From Podarcis pityusensis (Eukaryota), in assembly GCA_964106645.2 (NCBI GenBank), contig OZ067040.1: a stretch of DNA of 64,000 nt, one strand, 5' to 3'. The first letter of the stretch is position 1. Each line of letters opens with the position of its first letter. Under the pieces are notes generated by a model. That model was not told the DNA's origin, ran no database searches, and saw only the letters and a program-made list of their open reading frames with translations. This document shows, one piece after another, positions 49,532-62,815 of the stretch. Made by a program: the position numbers and the translations under genes.

Positions 49532-52324
49532 TACTCATTACCCTCTTTCTACTCCAGAGAAAAAGTTGTGCAAGTTTTCTGCCTTGAAATCATGTAAAAA
49601 AAAAAAACCTTGTCCTTTTACAAAGCCTTTACCCAGTTGTATATACGGTAATTATAATAGCAAGCAATTCTGTGCGGTCTGTTTGATAATAGTGGTGGCT
49701 ACTGTTTTCCATACTTTGACCGCTTACCAGTTTTGTATGCTGCTTGTACAATAATAAAAGCATCCTTAATTACATTAGGCACCTGTATTTCTGTTTAGCA
49801 TTGCAAGTGCTCTTTGCAATATTGTATAGAATTAATCAAAATAAATTTAAGAGCTAGGTGGGCGAGTAGAAATATTGTGCGAGGTTTTTACTGTTAACCA
49901 TTCTTTGTGCTGTAGAGGCCTACTCTTCAGGGGTTTTTTTTTTTGTAAAAGGTAGTTTGCCTCTGTTGCTTTTGAGAATCCCTGCAGCAAAATTATTTGT
50001 ACAGATTGTCATCTAGGCCTAGCTTCCAAAGATAGCCCATTATGCTTTAGGAGTTTGTAAACGTATCCTGTTTTAGCAGTTCAACAAGTGATCTGGGTAA
50101 TTACTTGTATAGGTTGAGTTTCATATTAAGTGAACTTTTAAAAAAGAATAAAGTTTAGTAGAAATGATAAATCCAAGCGACCATTTTATATCCCTTGCTA
50201 CTGTAATGGTGATGTAGTAAGATGTTGTGGTACTTTGCTCCTGAATGAAAATGCAGAACCAGAAAGATATTTGTTCTGATGGGCTTTCCAACTGGATGAA
50301 TGGGTATCTAGTGCTAATTTACTGCCTAAAGTGGGGTTTACAGAACCCTGTGCCATTGCTAATAAGGCTTGCACAAAACAATTATACAGGTAACAGTATG
50401 CGTAACAATTGAAAGTGAACTTGATATGCTTACAAGTCTAACCAGAGGCGCTGGTGTAGACCTAATGCAGAAGAGCGCTCTCTACATTAACATAGGATGT
50501 TTTAATGCAAGCAAAAAGCACATGGTCTTTTCCATGGCCCGTTTTCATTTTCTATTTTTATGCTGTGAGTGAACTGCCCTGTGATTTTTGAGTGAAGGGT
50601 GGTATACAAATTTAATATTACCCAATACAGTATTCCTGCAAGCAGTAATTATGTTTGGCCCAAGGAACCATGAACTAGTCATACTTTGGTTCTCGAACGT
50701 AATCCATTCCTGAAGTCTGTTAGACTTCCAAAACATTTGAAAACCAAGGCGCAGCTTCAGATTGACCGTAACACTAACAGGTTTTCAGCGTTTGGGAGCC
50801 AAAATGTAAGAGTACATTCAAGAACCAATGTAAGACTGTAAAACATTATTTTTGATTAACTGCTTTTTTAAAATTTTAGTTACTACGGGGACATATGCTG
50901 GACTCTTTAGTCATGGCATATTGTCTTAGTGAACCTTGCCGGAGGGACTTCTAGCCAAAGTTACAACTAAGTCATGACTCTAGGAGTGTGGATTTGAAAG
51001 CATGGAGGCATTCATTCTGCACATGGTTTGCTTTTACACTATTCCTCCTAGAATTAGAGTCATCTGTGCAAGTTACAATCTTTCCATATTGGTTAACAGT
51101 GTTATCTGTATAGAGCAGTGCACTAGTTTCTTCTAGCCAAACACTAAAATCTTGGCATTTTAGGGATGGTAAAAATCTTAACATGGCAAGAGCCATTTAG
51201 ACCAGCAGTCCCCAAGATTCCTGCTTGGCAGGGGGTTGGACTCGATGGCCCTTGTGGTCTCTTCCAACTCTATGATTCTAAGTACAGATGCAAGTCCAAG
51301 TCATTACACTGGCTTAGCTGTATTTTAATGAGGCAGATGATATGTAATACCTTAACCTTAGTGACGTTTCTACAAGACTAACTTCTGAAACTTTCTGAAA
51401 GCCTTAAAGGTTACCACTGCACATTTTAGATTCCCTGAAAGCACGTTAGTGGCACACTATGGATGGAACTAACAAGGGTTCAGAAACATTAGTCTGGCAA
51501 TAAGCTACCAATTCTATGACTGTTCTAAAATGCATAATCTAGACTGGTGATTTTACTTCCAGGTAAATGAGATTCGGATTCCACTCTTACTCCCAAACAG
51601 ATCTAGCTGAAAACCCCAATAAATCTTCCCACATAAACTCAAACCCTATATGCACTCCTGGAGTAGGGGGAACATAGAAAGACACTCAAGGCACACACTC
51701 CCCACCAGTTTACGCATCAAATTCAACTGGGATTCCAACCCCTTTCTTACCCAAGATTTCTACTCAAGTGAACTGAAACTAGTCTAGTGAGTAAACACAT
51801 TTCAAGGCTTGGTCTCTAAATGGATACCTAAATGTTGTGAATGAGCAAGCACCACCAACTCCACCCCTTAGACCTATCTCAACCTGTTTCCATGTCAGGT
51901 AGCGCGTTTCCAAGAGGGGGGTGGCAGGCTGCAGCAAAGATGGGAGAAAGCAGGGAGAAACTCAAAAGAAATATAAAGCTAGAAACACCAGGCGTCACAG
52001 CACCTTGAAGACTATGATCTAGATAATCCTTCCTAGCACTTAACATTTTAAACCTGTTCTTTCATAAGCTTAGTGCAAGTACTCTAAAAAGTAGAATCCA
52101 GTGATAAACCTTGAAACACAACTACACACTCCTGCAGATGCACCATTAGCTTACTTGAAGTGGCGTATTCACTAGGAACTCCAAATATATACCAAACTAA
52201 TCCTGCCAAGTGTAGCTGTAAAAGAAGCTATCTAGCCACGACATATATAACCACCTATATTCTCTCTAGAAGACGCCCAAACTAATTTGCCATTTTACAT
52301 CAAATATTAACTCTGGCTATGAGC

Positions 52325-52666
52325 GGGTGGCGCTGTGGTCTAAACCAGAGTCTAGGGCTTGCCGATCAGAAGGTTGGCGGTTCGAATCCCTGCGACGGTG
52401 TGAGCTCCTGTTGCTTGGTCCCTGCTCCTGCCAACCTAGCAGTTCGAGAGCACGTCGTCAAAGTGTAAGTAGATAAATAGGTACCACTCCGGCAGGAAGG
52501 TAAACGGGGGTTCCATGCGCTGCTCTGGTTCACCAGAAGCAGCTTAGTCATGCTGGCCACATGACCCGGAAGCTGTATGCCGGCTCCCTCAGCCAGTAAA
52601 GTGAAATGAGCGCCACAACCCCAGTCGTCCGCAACTGGACCTAGCGGTCAGGGGTCCCTTTACCTT
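52325..52666 (+). mobile_element. Sauria SINE (Squam1)
   Basis: Homologous to 12945-13271; ccctttaccttt tail; TSD tatgagc. Confidence 0.88.
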
Positions 52667-53009
52667 TATGAGCTTCAATTGCCACCACCACTGAGAGTTC
52701 TGTTAGCCTAAGCACCAACCCTGCAATATACAAATACTACTGGCTATTCTCTGCAAAACTAACACATTTGTGTGCTGGTATATTGCCATCCATTTCATGA
52801 AATTCAGAAATTCCTTCCAACAAGGGACTACCGGATTCCTGATTCCAGAAGTCTTGTCAAGTGTTTTAAGTTGCTTAATCAACTGGTTTTCTTTATTATG
52901 TGAAAGCATGCATGTGGTGCATATACATCTCACTATATTTGTGTATCCTGCCCCTCAAAGTCATTAAAGGGATTTTAGACCAATGTGGTGAGAATCCCAG
53001 AACAAGAGT

Positions 53010-54040
53010 AAAATGATTTTATTTTATTGCAAACAAACGGCTAAAGTTAATTTCTCCACCCACTTTCTTTAGATAAGTAAATCAGCAGGCTAAGGAGACA
53101 CACCCATCTGAGAACTAACATGATTAAAAATTAGATATAAAATGGGTGAATCACAATTTCATTTACAAAATGGTGGAGTTACTACTACAAGCACACTAAA
53201 TACACAGTATTTGTGGGGGAAAGGTTACAGACACACAGCTAACTTCATATAGATCCCATTAGACAACTGGATTTACAACAAGTTTGTTTAATAAGAAATG
53301 GGCAGAGCCAGCTTTTTTCAGAATCAAAATGCATAACAAATGGAAAAAGTTGATGGTGTGTACCTTCACAAGTTGAGCCTCCACAGACAAAAGCAACCAG
53401 GTTTTACATGCACTCCACCTTCACTATTTAATCTTTAGGTTTTGCTTTGCAACCCCACCCTCAACCCTTTGCCAAATTAAAAAACAAAAATACAACCTAG
53501 CTTATTGCCAAAAGACCATTCTTATTTCTCTTCCCCCTCTTCCATACCTAGAAACTGCACAGAGAGGATGGAGTGGAAGATGGAGTGTAATGAGCATTAT
53601 TTACATAGTATTAGTATTCATGGGGCCACAACAAGCCTGGTTGCTAACTTTTCTGTTTTGATGACTCTCGACTGTTTCTTATAATTTTTTTTAAGGGGGG
53701 GGAGAAGAGAAAAGAAAATCTTTAATAAGAGGACACCAGATACAAAGCAACATTTTACTTTTGTTGTGGTAAAAAAAAAGTCACATTTTACAGATAAAAT
53801 GCAGAACCCTGAAATACTGACATTCTCTTATCGTGCACAATGCTGAGGTTCTCTTNNNNNNNNNNNNNNNNNNNNNNNNNNNNNNNNNNNNNNNNNNNNN
53901 NNNNNNNNNNNNNNNNNNNNNNNNNNNNNNNNNNNNNNNNNNNNNNNNNNNNNNNNNNNNNNNNNNNNNNNNNNNNNNNNNNNNNNNNNNNNNNNNNNNN
54001 NNNNNNNNNNNNNNNNGATCAGTTCATTTTATTTGGGAAT
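53010..54040 (-). other. HNRNPU: HNRNPU 3' UTR (polyA signal AATAAA at 53028-53023)
   Basis: Follows the TGA stop; blocks closely resemble the mammalian HNRNPU 3' UTR as I recall it; interrupted by the N gap. Confidence 0.8.
53856..54016. other. Assembly gap (161 N) in the HNRNPU 3' UTR
   Basis: Run of N. Confidence 1.
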
Positions 54041-54094
54041 TCAATAGTATCCTTGGTGATAATGCTGACTCCATGGCTTCTGACCCCAGAATTG
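54041..54094 (-). CDS. HNRNPU: HNRNPU last coding exon (QFWGQKPWSQHYHQGYY*)
   Basis: Characteristic hnRNP U C-terminus; ttgcag acceptor. Confidence 0.97.
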   Translation of the reverse strand, partial: QFWGQKPWSQHYHQGYY

Positions 54095-54257
54095 CTGCAA
54101 AAACCAAGATAAACACTGTTAACCATTGTCAAATATCAGCAAATTTTATTTCTACATTCCATAGGTGTGTATGAAAAACATCTGAAGCATGCAATTGGGA
54201 GTGAAGTGTGGACACTTCCTAATACTTTAATCCCACTCCTATGATTGTTTACACATA

Positions 54258-54462
54258 CAGTGGTACCTTGGGTTACAAACGCTTCGGGTTACGTGTTTTC
54301 AGGCTGCGGACCACGGGAAACCCGGAAGCACCGGAAAGGGTTACTTCCGGGTTTCGCCTCACGCATGTGCAGAAGTGCCAAATCGCATCATACGTGTGCG
54401 CAGATGCTGCGCTGCAGGCGTGCCTCCGTCACGGATTACGTCCGCAACCCAAGGTTCCACTG
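54258..54462. mobile_element. Tc1/mariner MITE in the last coding intron of HNRNPU
   Basis: TIR cagtggtaccttgggtt / aacccaaggttccactg, TA both sides. Confidence 0.8.
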
Positions 54463-54573
54463 TATGAAGTACAAATTACGAACAAACTACATCTTGTACT
54501 AACGTTACTCTTAAGCTATTTATATTCTCATAAAGGTTTACTTGTTAAAACATACACTTAACGTTACTTCTTA

Positions 54574-54711
<138 letters not shown>

Positions 54712-55444
54712 TTAAACATTTCACCATTCAATGGCCAAAACCACACCCAGACGGCTATCTGTAGTAAACTTCAAAAATGTTTCAGTTAATAAACTTTCAG
54801 ATAGAAAGACTTCAGTTGCTGTTGATTCCTAACTATCAAGGCAACATTCTGGCAAGAGACATTTATTCCAAATTCTTCTTGCTAGTCAGTATTTACCCAT
54901 ATGCCAGTAAAGTACTGCTCCTGAACACATGAAAGTTGGGGAATCAGGCTAAACCAGGAAATAACAAATGTGGTGCTGATCTTGCTATACATACAAATTA
55001 CATGGTCAGTGGTCTTATGATCATCGTCTGGATGAAATGCTACCTAGCAGAGGGATGGTGCAGAGGCTTGTGAGATTACTTGTGTGTGTTTTTTTACTAA
55101 AATCTTGAGGTTTAGATTAATTTTAAACCCAGGAATTTCACACAGGTACAGGCTCAATCCTTTCAAACAAACAAATCATGGTAATGTCACTCAAATCTAT
55201 TTTAAATACTAATGTTTATGGGGTGGGGTAATTCTGCTACAACTACTATGAGCCAGAGATTCTTACAGGTCTGGGTGGTTCAGAGTGAATAAACCAATAG
55301 ATTCCAATCTACCTTCTGCCCATTCCATTATCTATCCACGGAGGAACATGCTTGATTAGAAAACAGGACTTCATACAAAAAGCACAGCTGCACTGTTGCA
55401 TAAATTATATATGGGATCTCTGCTAAAACCCTATGTTTCTAATA

Positions 55445-56014
55445 CAGTGGTACCTCAAGGTTACGAACAACCTAGCCAACAGCCTAGTTACGAACACTTC
55501 AAAACCGGAAATGAGTGTTCTTGTTTGCATATTTTTTTTTTGGAGTCTGAACGTACTCCATTCGGGGTGCACTCCCGTTTTGAGTGCCACACTTCTGGCA
55601 TCAGAGAAGGGGGTCATCACGGCGTTTCCCTCAGCCACAAGGGAGGGAAGCTGCGGCCGCTAGCCATATGGTTGGCGGGCTCACAACTCTCCCCCATGAC
55701 TGTGGAAATGGATAAAAGCCCCACATCCAAACAATGACTATCATCAGTGCACGTACATTTTTTAATTTTAATCATCTACAATACTGTTTTATTTATTTTA
55801 TAGTACAGTACACATTGATTATTGCTTTCATTTTATGGATCAATGGTCTTGTAAAGATAGTAAAATTCTTGTTAAATTGCTGATTTAGGGGTTTGTTTTC
55901 AGAAGTCTGGAATGGATTAATCCATTTTGCATTACTTTCTATGGCAAAGCGCACCTTGGTTTAAGAACGCTTTGGTTTAAGAATGGATTAAGTTCATAAA
56001 CCAAGGTACCACTG
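55445..56014. mobile_element. Longer Tc1/mariner (Tigger-like) non-autonomous element
   Basis: TIR cagtggtacct / aggtaccactg, TA both sides. Confidence 0.75.
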
Positions 56015-56329
56015 TATGTCTTTCAGCTCCTATATATTGGCCTTGAGAGCACCTAATGCAGGACACTGAGCACAGACCTCATCGGTTCCTTGAGATAGAA
56101 ACTACTGGAACAGCGTAAGACAAAAGTACAATTTAAAAAACTTAGGTTTCAGCACTACAGGATTGCACGTGTTATAAAACTTTGAAAAAACATTGTACAT
56201 CATATACTTCAGGAATAGTATTGTTATTTATTAGGATCACACTTTTAAACATACTTTCTGTATTGGTTGCTAAAGAGAGCACCAAAAGATTCAGCCAAAA
56301 ATGCCATCTTCCTGACTACAGCGAATTAC

Positions 56330-56541
56330 CTGGTTATAGTTCCCTCTGTTGGGCATTCCACCTCTGTTATAGTTTCCTCTGTTTGAGTAACCACCTCCTC
56401 CGCCACCGCCACCTCTGGTCGGAAAGACAGGACCACGGGGGTATGGGTAGCCTATTGCCCCACCACTGCCACCGCCTCCTCCACCTCCACGTTGGGGCAT
56501 GTTACCACCTCTCCTGTTGTATCCTCCACGATTTCCAGGGA
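56330..56541 (-). CDS. HNRNPU: HNRNPU RGG-box exon
   Basis: [19 protein letters not shown]...NRGNYNQ; canonical sites, 212 nt. Confidence 0.96.
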
Positions 56542-57085
56542 CTGTGAAAAATTAGAATTTTAATATTGACCCAATGGCATACTTTAATTTGACCCAGGGG
56601 GTTGGGGAAGAGAAGTACAAGACTATTTAGTAATAGACATTAATTTCAGCCTGTGCACAAGTTAGTTTTTTCTAGTAAAGGAGCTTTGAACTTGGAAGAC
56701 AAAATTGAAATCCCATGGGGCAAGGCATTTGAAAACTGTTATAGAGTCCAAACTGAGGTTGCTTTAAGAACAGTTATGGGGAAAGATAGTGACAGCCCTC
56801 TCCCAAACTACCGAAAACTCATTCAGCCCAAGCACTGGTGATTTCATGAGGTTCTGTCCATAAATGTACACCTAAGCTTTAGGATGCTGAATTACATTGT
56901 TTCTTTCCTGCTAAATCAAAGCCATGCCTGGGCCCCTCCAGCTGTATTTTCTTCAGAAATGAAGACATTGTCTCCATCCACACTGATCTATTCTCAAAGC
57001 TCTGCTCTTCTTTGGGGCAAGCAACTAAGACCTCGGGTATAAAAATTAAGATATTTTAAGAAGCAGTTTTAGGAGCACAGGATAC

Positions 57086-57331
57086 CTCCTCCTCTGAAGT
57101 TGCCACGCATGTTAAATCCACCGCGTCCTCTCTGTCCACCTCTGTTAAACTGGTTTTTACCACTCTTTTTATTACTTTTCTTTGAACCAGTGTTCTGTTT
57201 TTTCTCTGGGGGAAGGGCCTTCTTGCTTTCTTCTTTGTACTGTTCCAGAAGCTTCTGGGCTTCTTCTTTTTGCAACTCTACGTAGATTATTTCATCAAAA
57301 CATTCTGACACCTCTGGCAGAGTAAAATTTC
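57086..57331 (-). CDS. HNRNPU: HNRNPU exon ([14 protein letters not shown]...[13 protein letters not shown])
   Basis: ttgtag acceptor, G|gtatcc donor, 246 nt. Confidence 0.95.
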
Positions 57332-57748
57332 CTACAAGATAGAGAGTCCTGAATATTCAGTATTTATTTCTGAAGCCATTAGAAAAAGCCAAAGTTCCCC
57401 TCCTATATAAAAGGAATACAAGACAAGTAATCATCACTTCAGGGTAGGAGCAAGATTCCTGAAAATTTTGACACATTCTCCCTATTAAGTTGAACTGGGA
57501 ACACACGTCTGCTATAACATGTTTAGCTTCGTTTTCTAGGGCACTTTATGCCAAGACAGCTTTGTGCATCTGCATGAAGCATATCATGACTTAAGTAGTA
57601 TTAAGGGCTGCAGCAGAGGGAACACAATATAGTGTTGTCTTACAAAGTTACAGAAGTCTTCCAGTTTTTTTTAAAGAGGCATAACTGTTTTAAGGCAAGA
57701 AATTTTGAATCTTTAGGTTTTTACATTATTCCTTTAAACAGATACTCA

Positions 57749-58009
<261 letters not shown>

Positions 58010-58230
58010 TTAGTGTGCTTAGATTTCACCTCCACATGTATAAATGCAAAGAAGTTTACAAGTAGAAGGAAGTTATGTACATGTTAGGCCGTAGAGGCTA
58101 GGATAACCATTCTCCCCCTGATTTCATGTATATTACAAACCTAAGTACAACTGCTAATATTCTAACTTTATTGCCTCAATATATAAACTGTATCTGCCAT
58201 TGAAGTTTAGAATCTACACACCCCCCCTTA

Positions 58231-58413
<183 letters not shown>

Positions 58414-59007
58414 CTATGAAAACAGAAGTTGCCCAGCATTCACTGCCATTAATGTTCTTATCATTGGGTATTTTTTAATAGCAAGAAATTGTCTATAATT
58501 GCTAATACCAAAAACATTTTAGGCAATGTTTTGCAATACATGATTTGCTTTGAAAGAGTTCTAAATGCTCATGAGATCAATCCTAAGAATTAAACAGGCC
58601 AACCCAATTTATCCCATCATTCAGTGCCTTGCAATATTTAATTCAGACACTTTACTATTAATATACCATGCAAATCTCAAAACAAATGTGTCACGTAACA
58701 GCCTACAGCTAAACCAGGTGAGACTTATTTTAATCTGGAGTTCCAATATTTCAAGCAGGATGTGTATACTTTTAGGGGAATAACAGCTTCTTCTAAGTTT
58801 CCAAATGAACAATCTAGAAAATACCCGCTCCATAGAAATAAAGCTTTTCAGTGCGCCATCAACTGCTAAAGCAGTACCCTTAAATGAGTTAAAGACATCT
58901 AAGCTTTATTACTATAGATACATGATAGCTACAAGTTTCCAAATGAGTTACCTTAAAGTTGCAATCCTAAACACTGAACATAGTGGGATGAACCACCCAT
59001 AGAACTA

Positions 59008-59157
<150 letters not shown>

Positions 59158-59311
59158 CTAATGAGTTTAGGCATAAAAAATGAAAGCTCTTATTTTATAC
59201 CCCAATTGCCCTACAGACTAGGCTTGTCATTTGTGGTACCCATATCAACTGCCTCAAGACAAATACTCAAGCTGGCATGCTTCAATGATTTCAAAATGGA
59301 CCGTTACTTAC

Positions 59312-59575
59312 TTCACATTCTTTCTTGTGCTCTGGTCCCTTGGGTCCTCTAACTCTATCTTCCAAGGGAACATTCTGGATGAAGGTGTACCCCTCTGGTA
59401 TGGGGAAGTACGGCTCATCCTTCTGGCCAAAGTTAAATTCAACAGCACAGTTATGGCAGAGAACATGGGGGAAAATGGGCTTTTCAGAAAGAACTTCCTT
59501 GCTGATTTTGAAAGCAACGCCAAGTTCCTGTCCATTCTTTGAGTAAGAAAGTTCCACTTCATCACCATCAAAATT
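59312..59575 (-). CDS. HNRNPU: HNRNPU SPRY exon ([15 protein letters not shown]...KKECE)
   Basis: Canonical sites, 264 nt. Confidence 0.96.
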
Positions 59576-59719
59576 CTGTTGTACAAAAAAAAAGTGTTAG
59601 CATAAATGAACTTAGGCAGGTTCATTAATTAGAAATAAATCTAGAACTTAAGCCTTGAGTGGAAATTTAAAGGGAAATCTGAACACTTGAAAGTTAAGCA
59701 AAGGTGCAATACCTAATTA

Positions 59720-59989
<270 letters not shown>

Positions 59990-60660
59990 TCAATCTCAAG
60001 ATTTTCTATAAAAGCTGCACCATACAGATAACCCCCATCCACTGCAGAATCCTAGCACTATGGTACACTGCAAAGTGAGAATGGCTCATGTGAGAGCTCA
60101 GGAAGTAACTTCAGTTTAGAGCACAGGTCTGGTGGGAAAGTCCCATTATTTTCTTTCTAATCCAAGGAAATTAGCTGCGTAGGATGTTACTTCAGCTTCT
60201 CACCCAACTAATCACTTCTGGCAAGCACACAATGAATTAGCCTCCGATTCCTACATGTGCTGGAGCCATTCCTTCTGTACTAGGCTCCTCAGGCGGACAG
60301 AGACATGAAATAGGCACAAAGGTGAAGAGTGCTGTTGCTAAGGGATTTGATTCAAAGCACTATTCTTTGCCCAATATAAAAATAGAGGATGTCAGGTATG
60401 CTGGCACTTCACTATATTCCTTTTGTCGAAGTGCTGAGTTTTCTGGAACAGATTCCATAGATCAAATGTAACTTCTAACTACCATTACTAACAAAAATAG
60501 TGGTTGTAGTTACTCTTTTTTCAAAATTAAGTTTTACCATGCATTTTCTGTCTACAGTGATTCATCATCTCCCTCTTTTAAGCACTCAGAAAAGTACTAC
60601 ACCCATTCCTACAAAAAGACGAATCACCATGACAATCCATGTTTTAAGGGAAAAGCTTAC

Positions 60661-60760
60661 CAAGCAGCATCCCACTTGTGTTCAGTGACCAGCCAACTCT
60701 CACTTCATGTATGTCAATGTCTTTTGTATACAGGTGCTTGACAGGGATCTTTTCAGTTAC
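60661..60760 (-). CDS. HNRNPU: HNRNPU SPRY exon ([33 protein letters not shown])
   Basis: Canonical sites, 100 nt. Confidence 0.96.
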
Positions 60761-60917
60761 CTATTTTTGTAATAAAAAAGCTGCTATTAACTAGTTATAA
60801 TAAAAGTATAGCTTAGCTAGCCTTGTCAATCAGGCTCCAAAATTACCAGTCTTTCATACTTTTTAAAAAAAAAAGTTTTCAGCTCCTCTTATGAGCAAAT
60901 TGCAGGCTAGTAACATA

Positions 60918-61126
60918 CAGTGGTACCTCAGGTTAAGTACTTAATTTGTTCCAGAGGTCCATTCTTAACCTGAAGCATCACTTTAGCCAATGGGGCCTCC
61001 TGCTGCTGCCGTGCCGCTGGAGCACGGTTTCTGTTCTCATCCTGAAGCAAAGTTCTTAACCCGAGGTAATATTTCTGGGTTAGTGGAGCATGTAACCTGA
61101 AACGTATGTAACCCGAGGTACCACTG
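60918..61126. mobile_element. Tc1/mariner MITE, CAGTGGTACCTC family
   Basis: TIRs + TA both sides. Confidence 0.85.
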
Positions 61127-61971
61127 TATATTGCAAGCCAGTAACAAGTGCTCTTTGCCTCCTCAACCAACTGGCTTCACCTTGTGTACAGAGCATAAAA
61201 GTGCAGCTTGCCATGTTTCTATGCTAAACACTATGTAGTCCACCAGCTGGGAATCTAGCATTGCAACACAGCAGGCTAATAATCAAGGAACAGCGTGGTC
61301 CTTTCCCATGTGACCATGTTGGACAAAAAGGAAACACATACCCTGGTCCACACCCAGCACAGAGACACAGACTGTTTCAAGAGGGATCAATCATTCCATC
61401 CCTCTACTGGCAACTCACTCCCTTACTTGGGTGAACTCCCTAGATGCTGATGGTGACCAGGTAAGCACATTATGTTGAATGATGGTAATAAGCATACTAT
61501 GTGTAGGATCTGCTGCAAAATGCTATTATTATTGAAGAAACCATTCTGGGTTTTGTATGAAAGGTTAATTGGATAATTGCTTTAGTGTGTTAAATAGCAC
61601 TTTACTGCTAAATTTTCCAGGTACTGATAAAATACCTGTTATGGTCTTAGCTATTTTTATTCTGAGTTGCCTAATACTCATACATAAATGATTCTGAGTG
61701 TCCATGCCTGTGCAGCAAAGACAGCACCTTTCATGCTAATGAGAGGCAGTATTGACGGGTGGGGGTGGGGAATTGGCACACACTCCAGAAAAATACCCCC
61801 AGCTCTTTTAAAGGCTGAACTTACCCACAAAATGCTGACTGTTAGGGAGCATATAGGTGGGAATAGACTGGGAGTATCTTGGAAATGGGCATGACTGCCA
61901 GTTGAAATCAAGAATACGTAATTTTCCATAATAAAATGTAGTTTCTCCTCTCCTCGTTTAGCTTGATTTCA

Positions 61972-62199
<228 letters not shown>

Positions 62200-62471
62200 T
62201 TAAAATCTGTTCAACTACAGTCGAACAAAAAAAGTGGAGAACACCTGTAAGAATCAAGTTACATCAGTTTGATTTAGTGCTATTCTTTGTCACAATAGGT
62301 AACTCTTGAATTAGTCAAAATTTAACTCAGTCCCCCTTTTACTTAAGGGTTCTCAAGCAAAATGATGGCGTTTGCTCAAGACCGAAGCTTATCATCTTAT
62401 TTCACTCTGGAATCAGGATTATCTATGTTTAGCTTAGCTATGATGTATTTTCACACATACCCTATGAAGTA

Positions 62472-62815
62472 CCGTATTTTTCGCCCTATAGGACACAATT
62501 TTTCCCCTCCAAAAATGAAGGGGAAATGTGTGTGCGTCCTATGGGGCGAATGCAGGCTTTCGCTGAAGCCCGGAGAGCGAGAGGGGTCGGTGCGCACCGG
62601 CCCCTCTCGCTCTCCAGGCTTCAGGAAGCTATCCGCAAGCCGTGGGAGAGCTGCGCGAAGTCGTGCAGCTCTCCCACGGCTTGCGGATAGCAGCCTGTTC
62701 TGGGGGCTGGGGTCGGGGGAAGCTCGGGCTTCCCCCGCCCCAGCAGGGAAATAAATTTTTTTTCTTTATTTCTCCTCCAAAAAACTAGGTGCACCCTATG
62801 GGGTGAAAAATACGG
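62472..62815. mobile_element. Tc2/pogo-like MITE
   Basis: TIR CCGTATTTTTC, TA both sides; homologous to 12501-12819. Confidence 0.85.

Noticed and set aside
54095-54257. Possible intronic snoRNA near the HNRNPU 3' end
   Set aside because: Only one weak stem (ggagtg...cactcc) and no convincing H/ACA or C/D boxes.
60250-60375. Two-hairpin H/ACA snoRNA-like fold in an HNRNPU intron
   Set aside because: On the host strand there is an ACA but no ANANNA H-box between the hairpins. An Rfam/snoReport search would be needed to support it.
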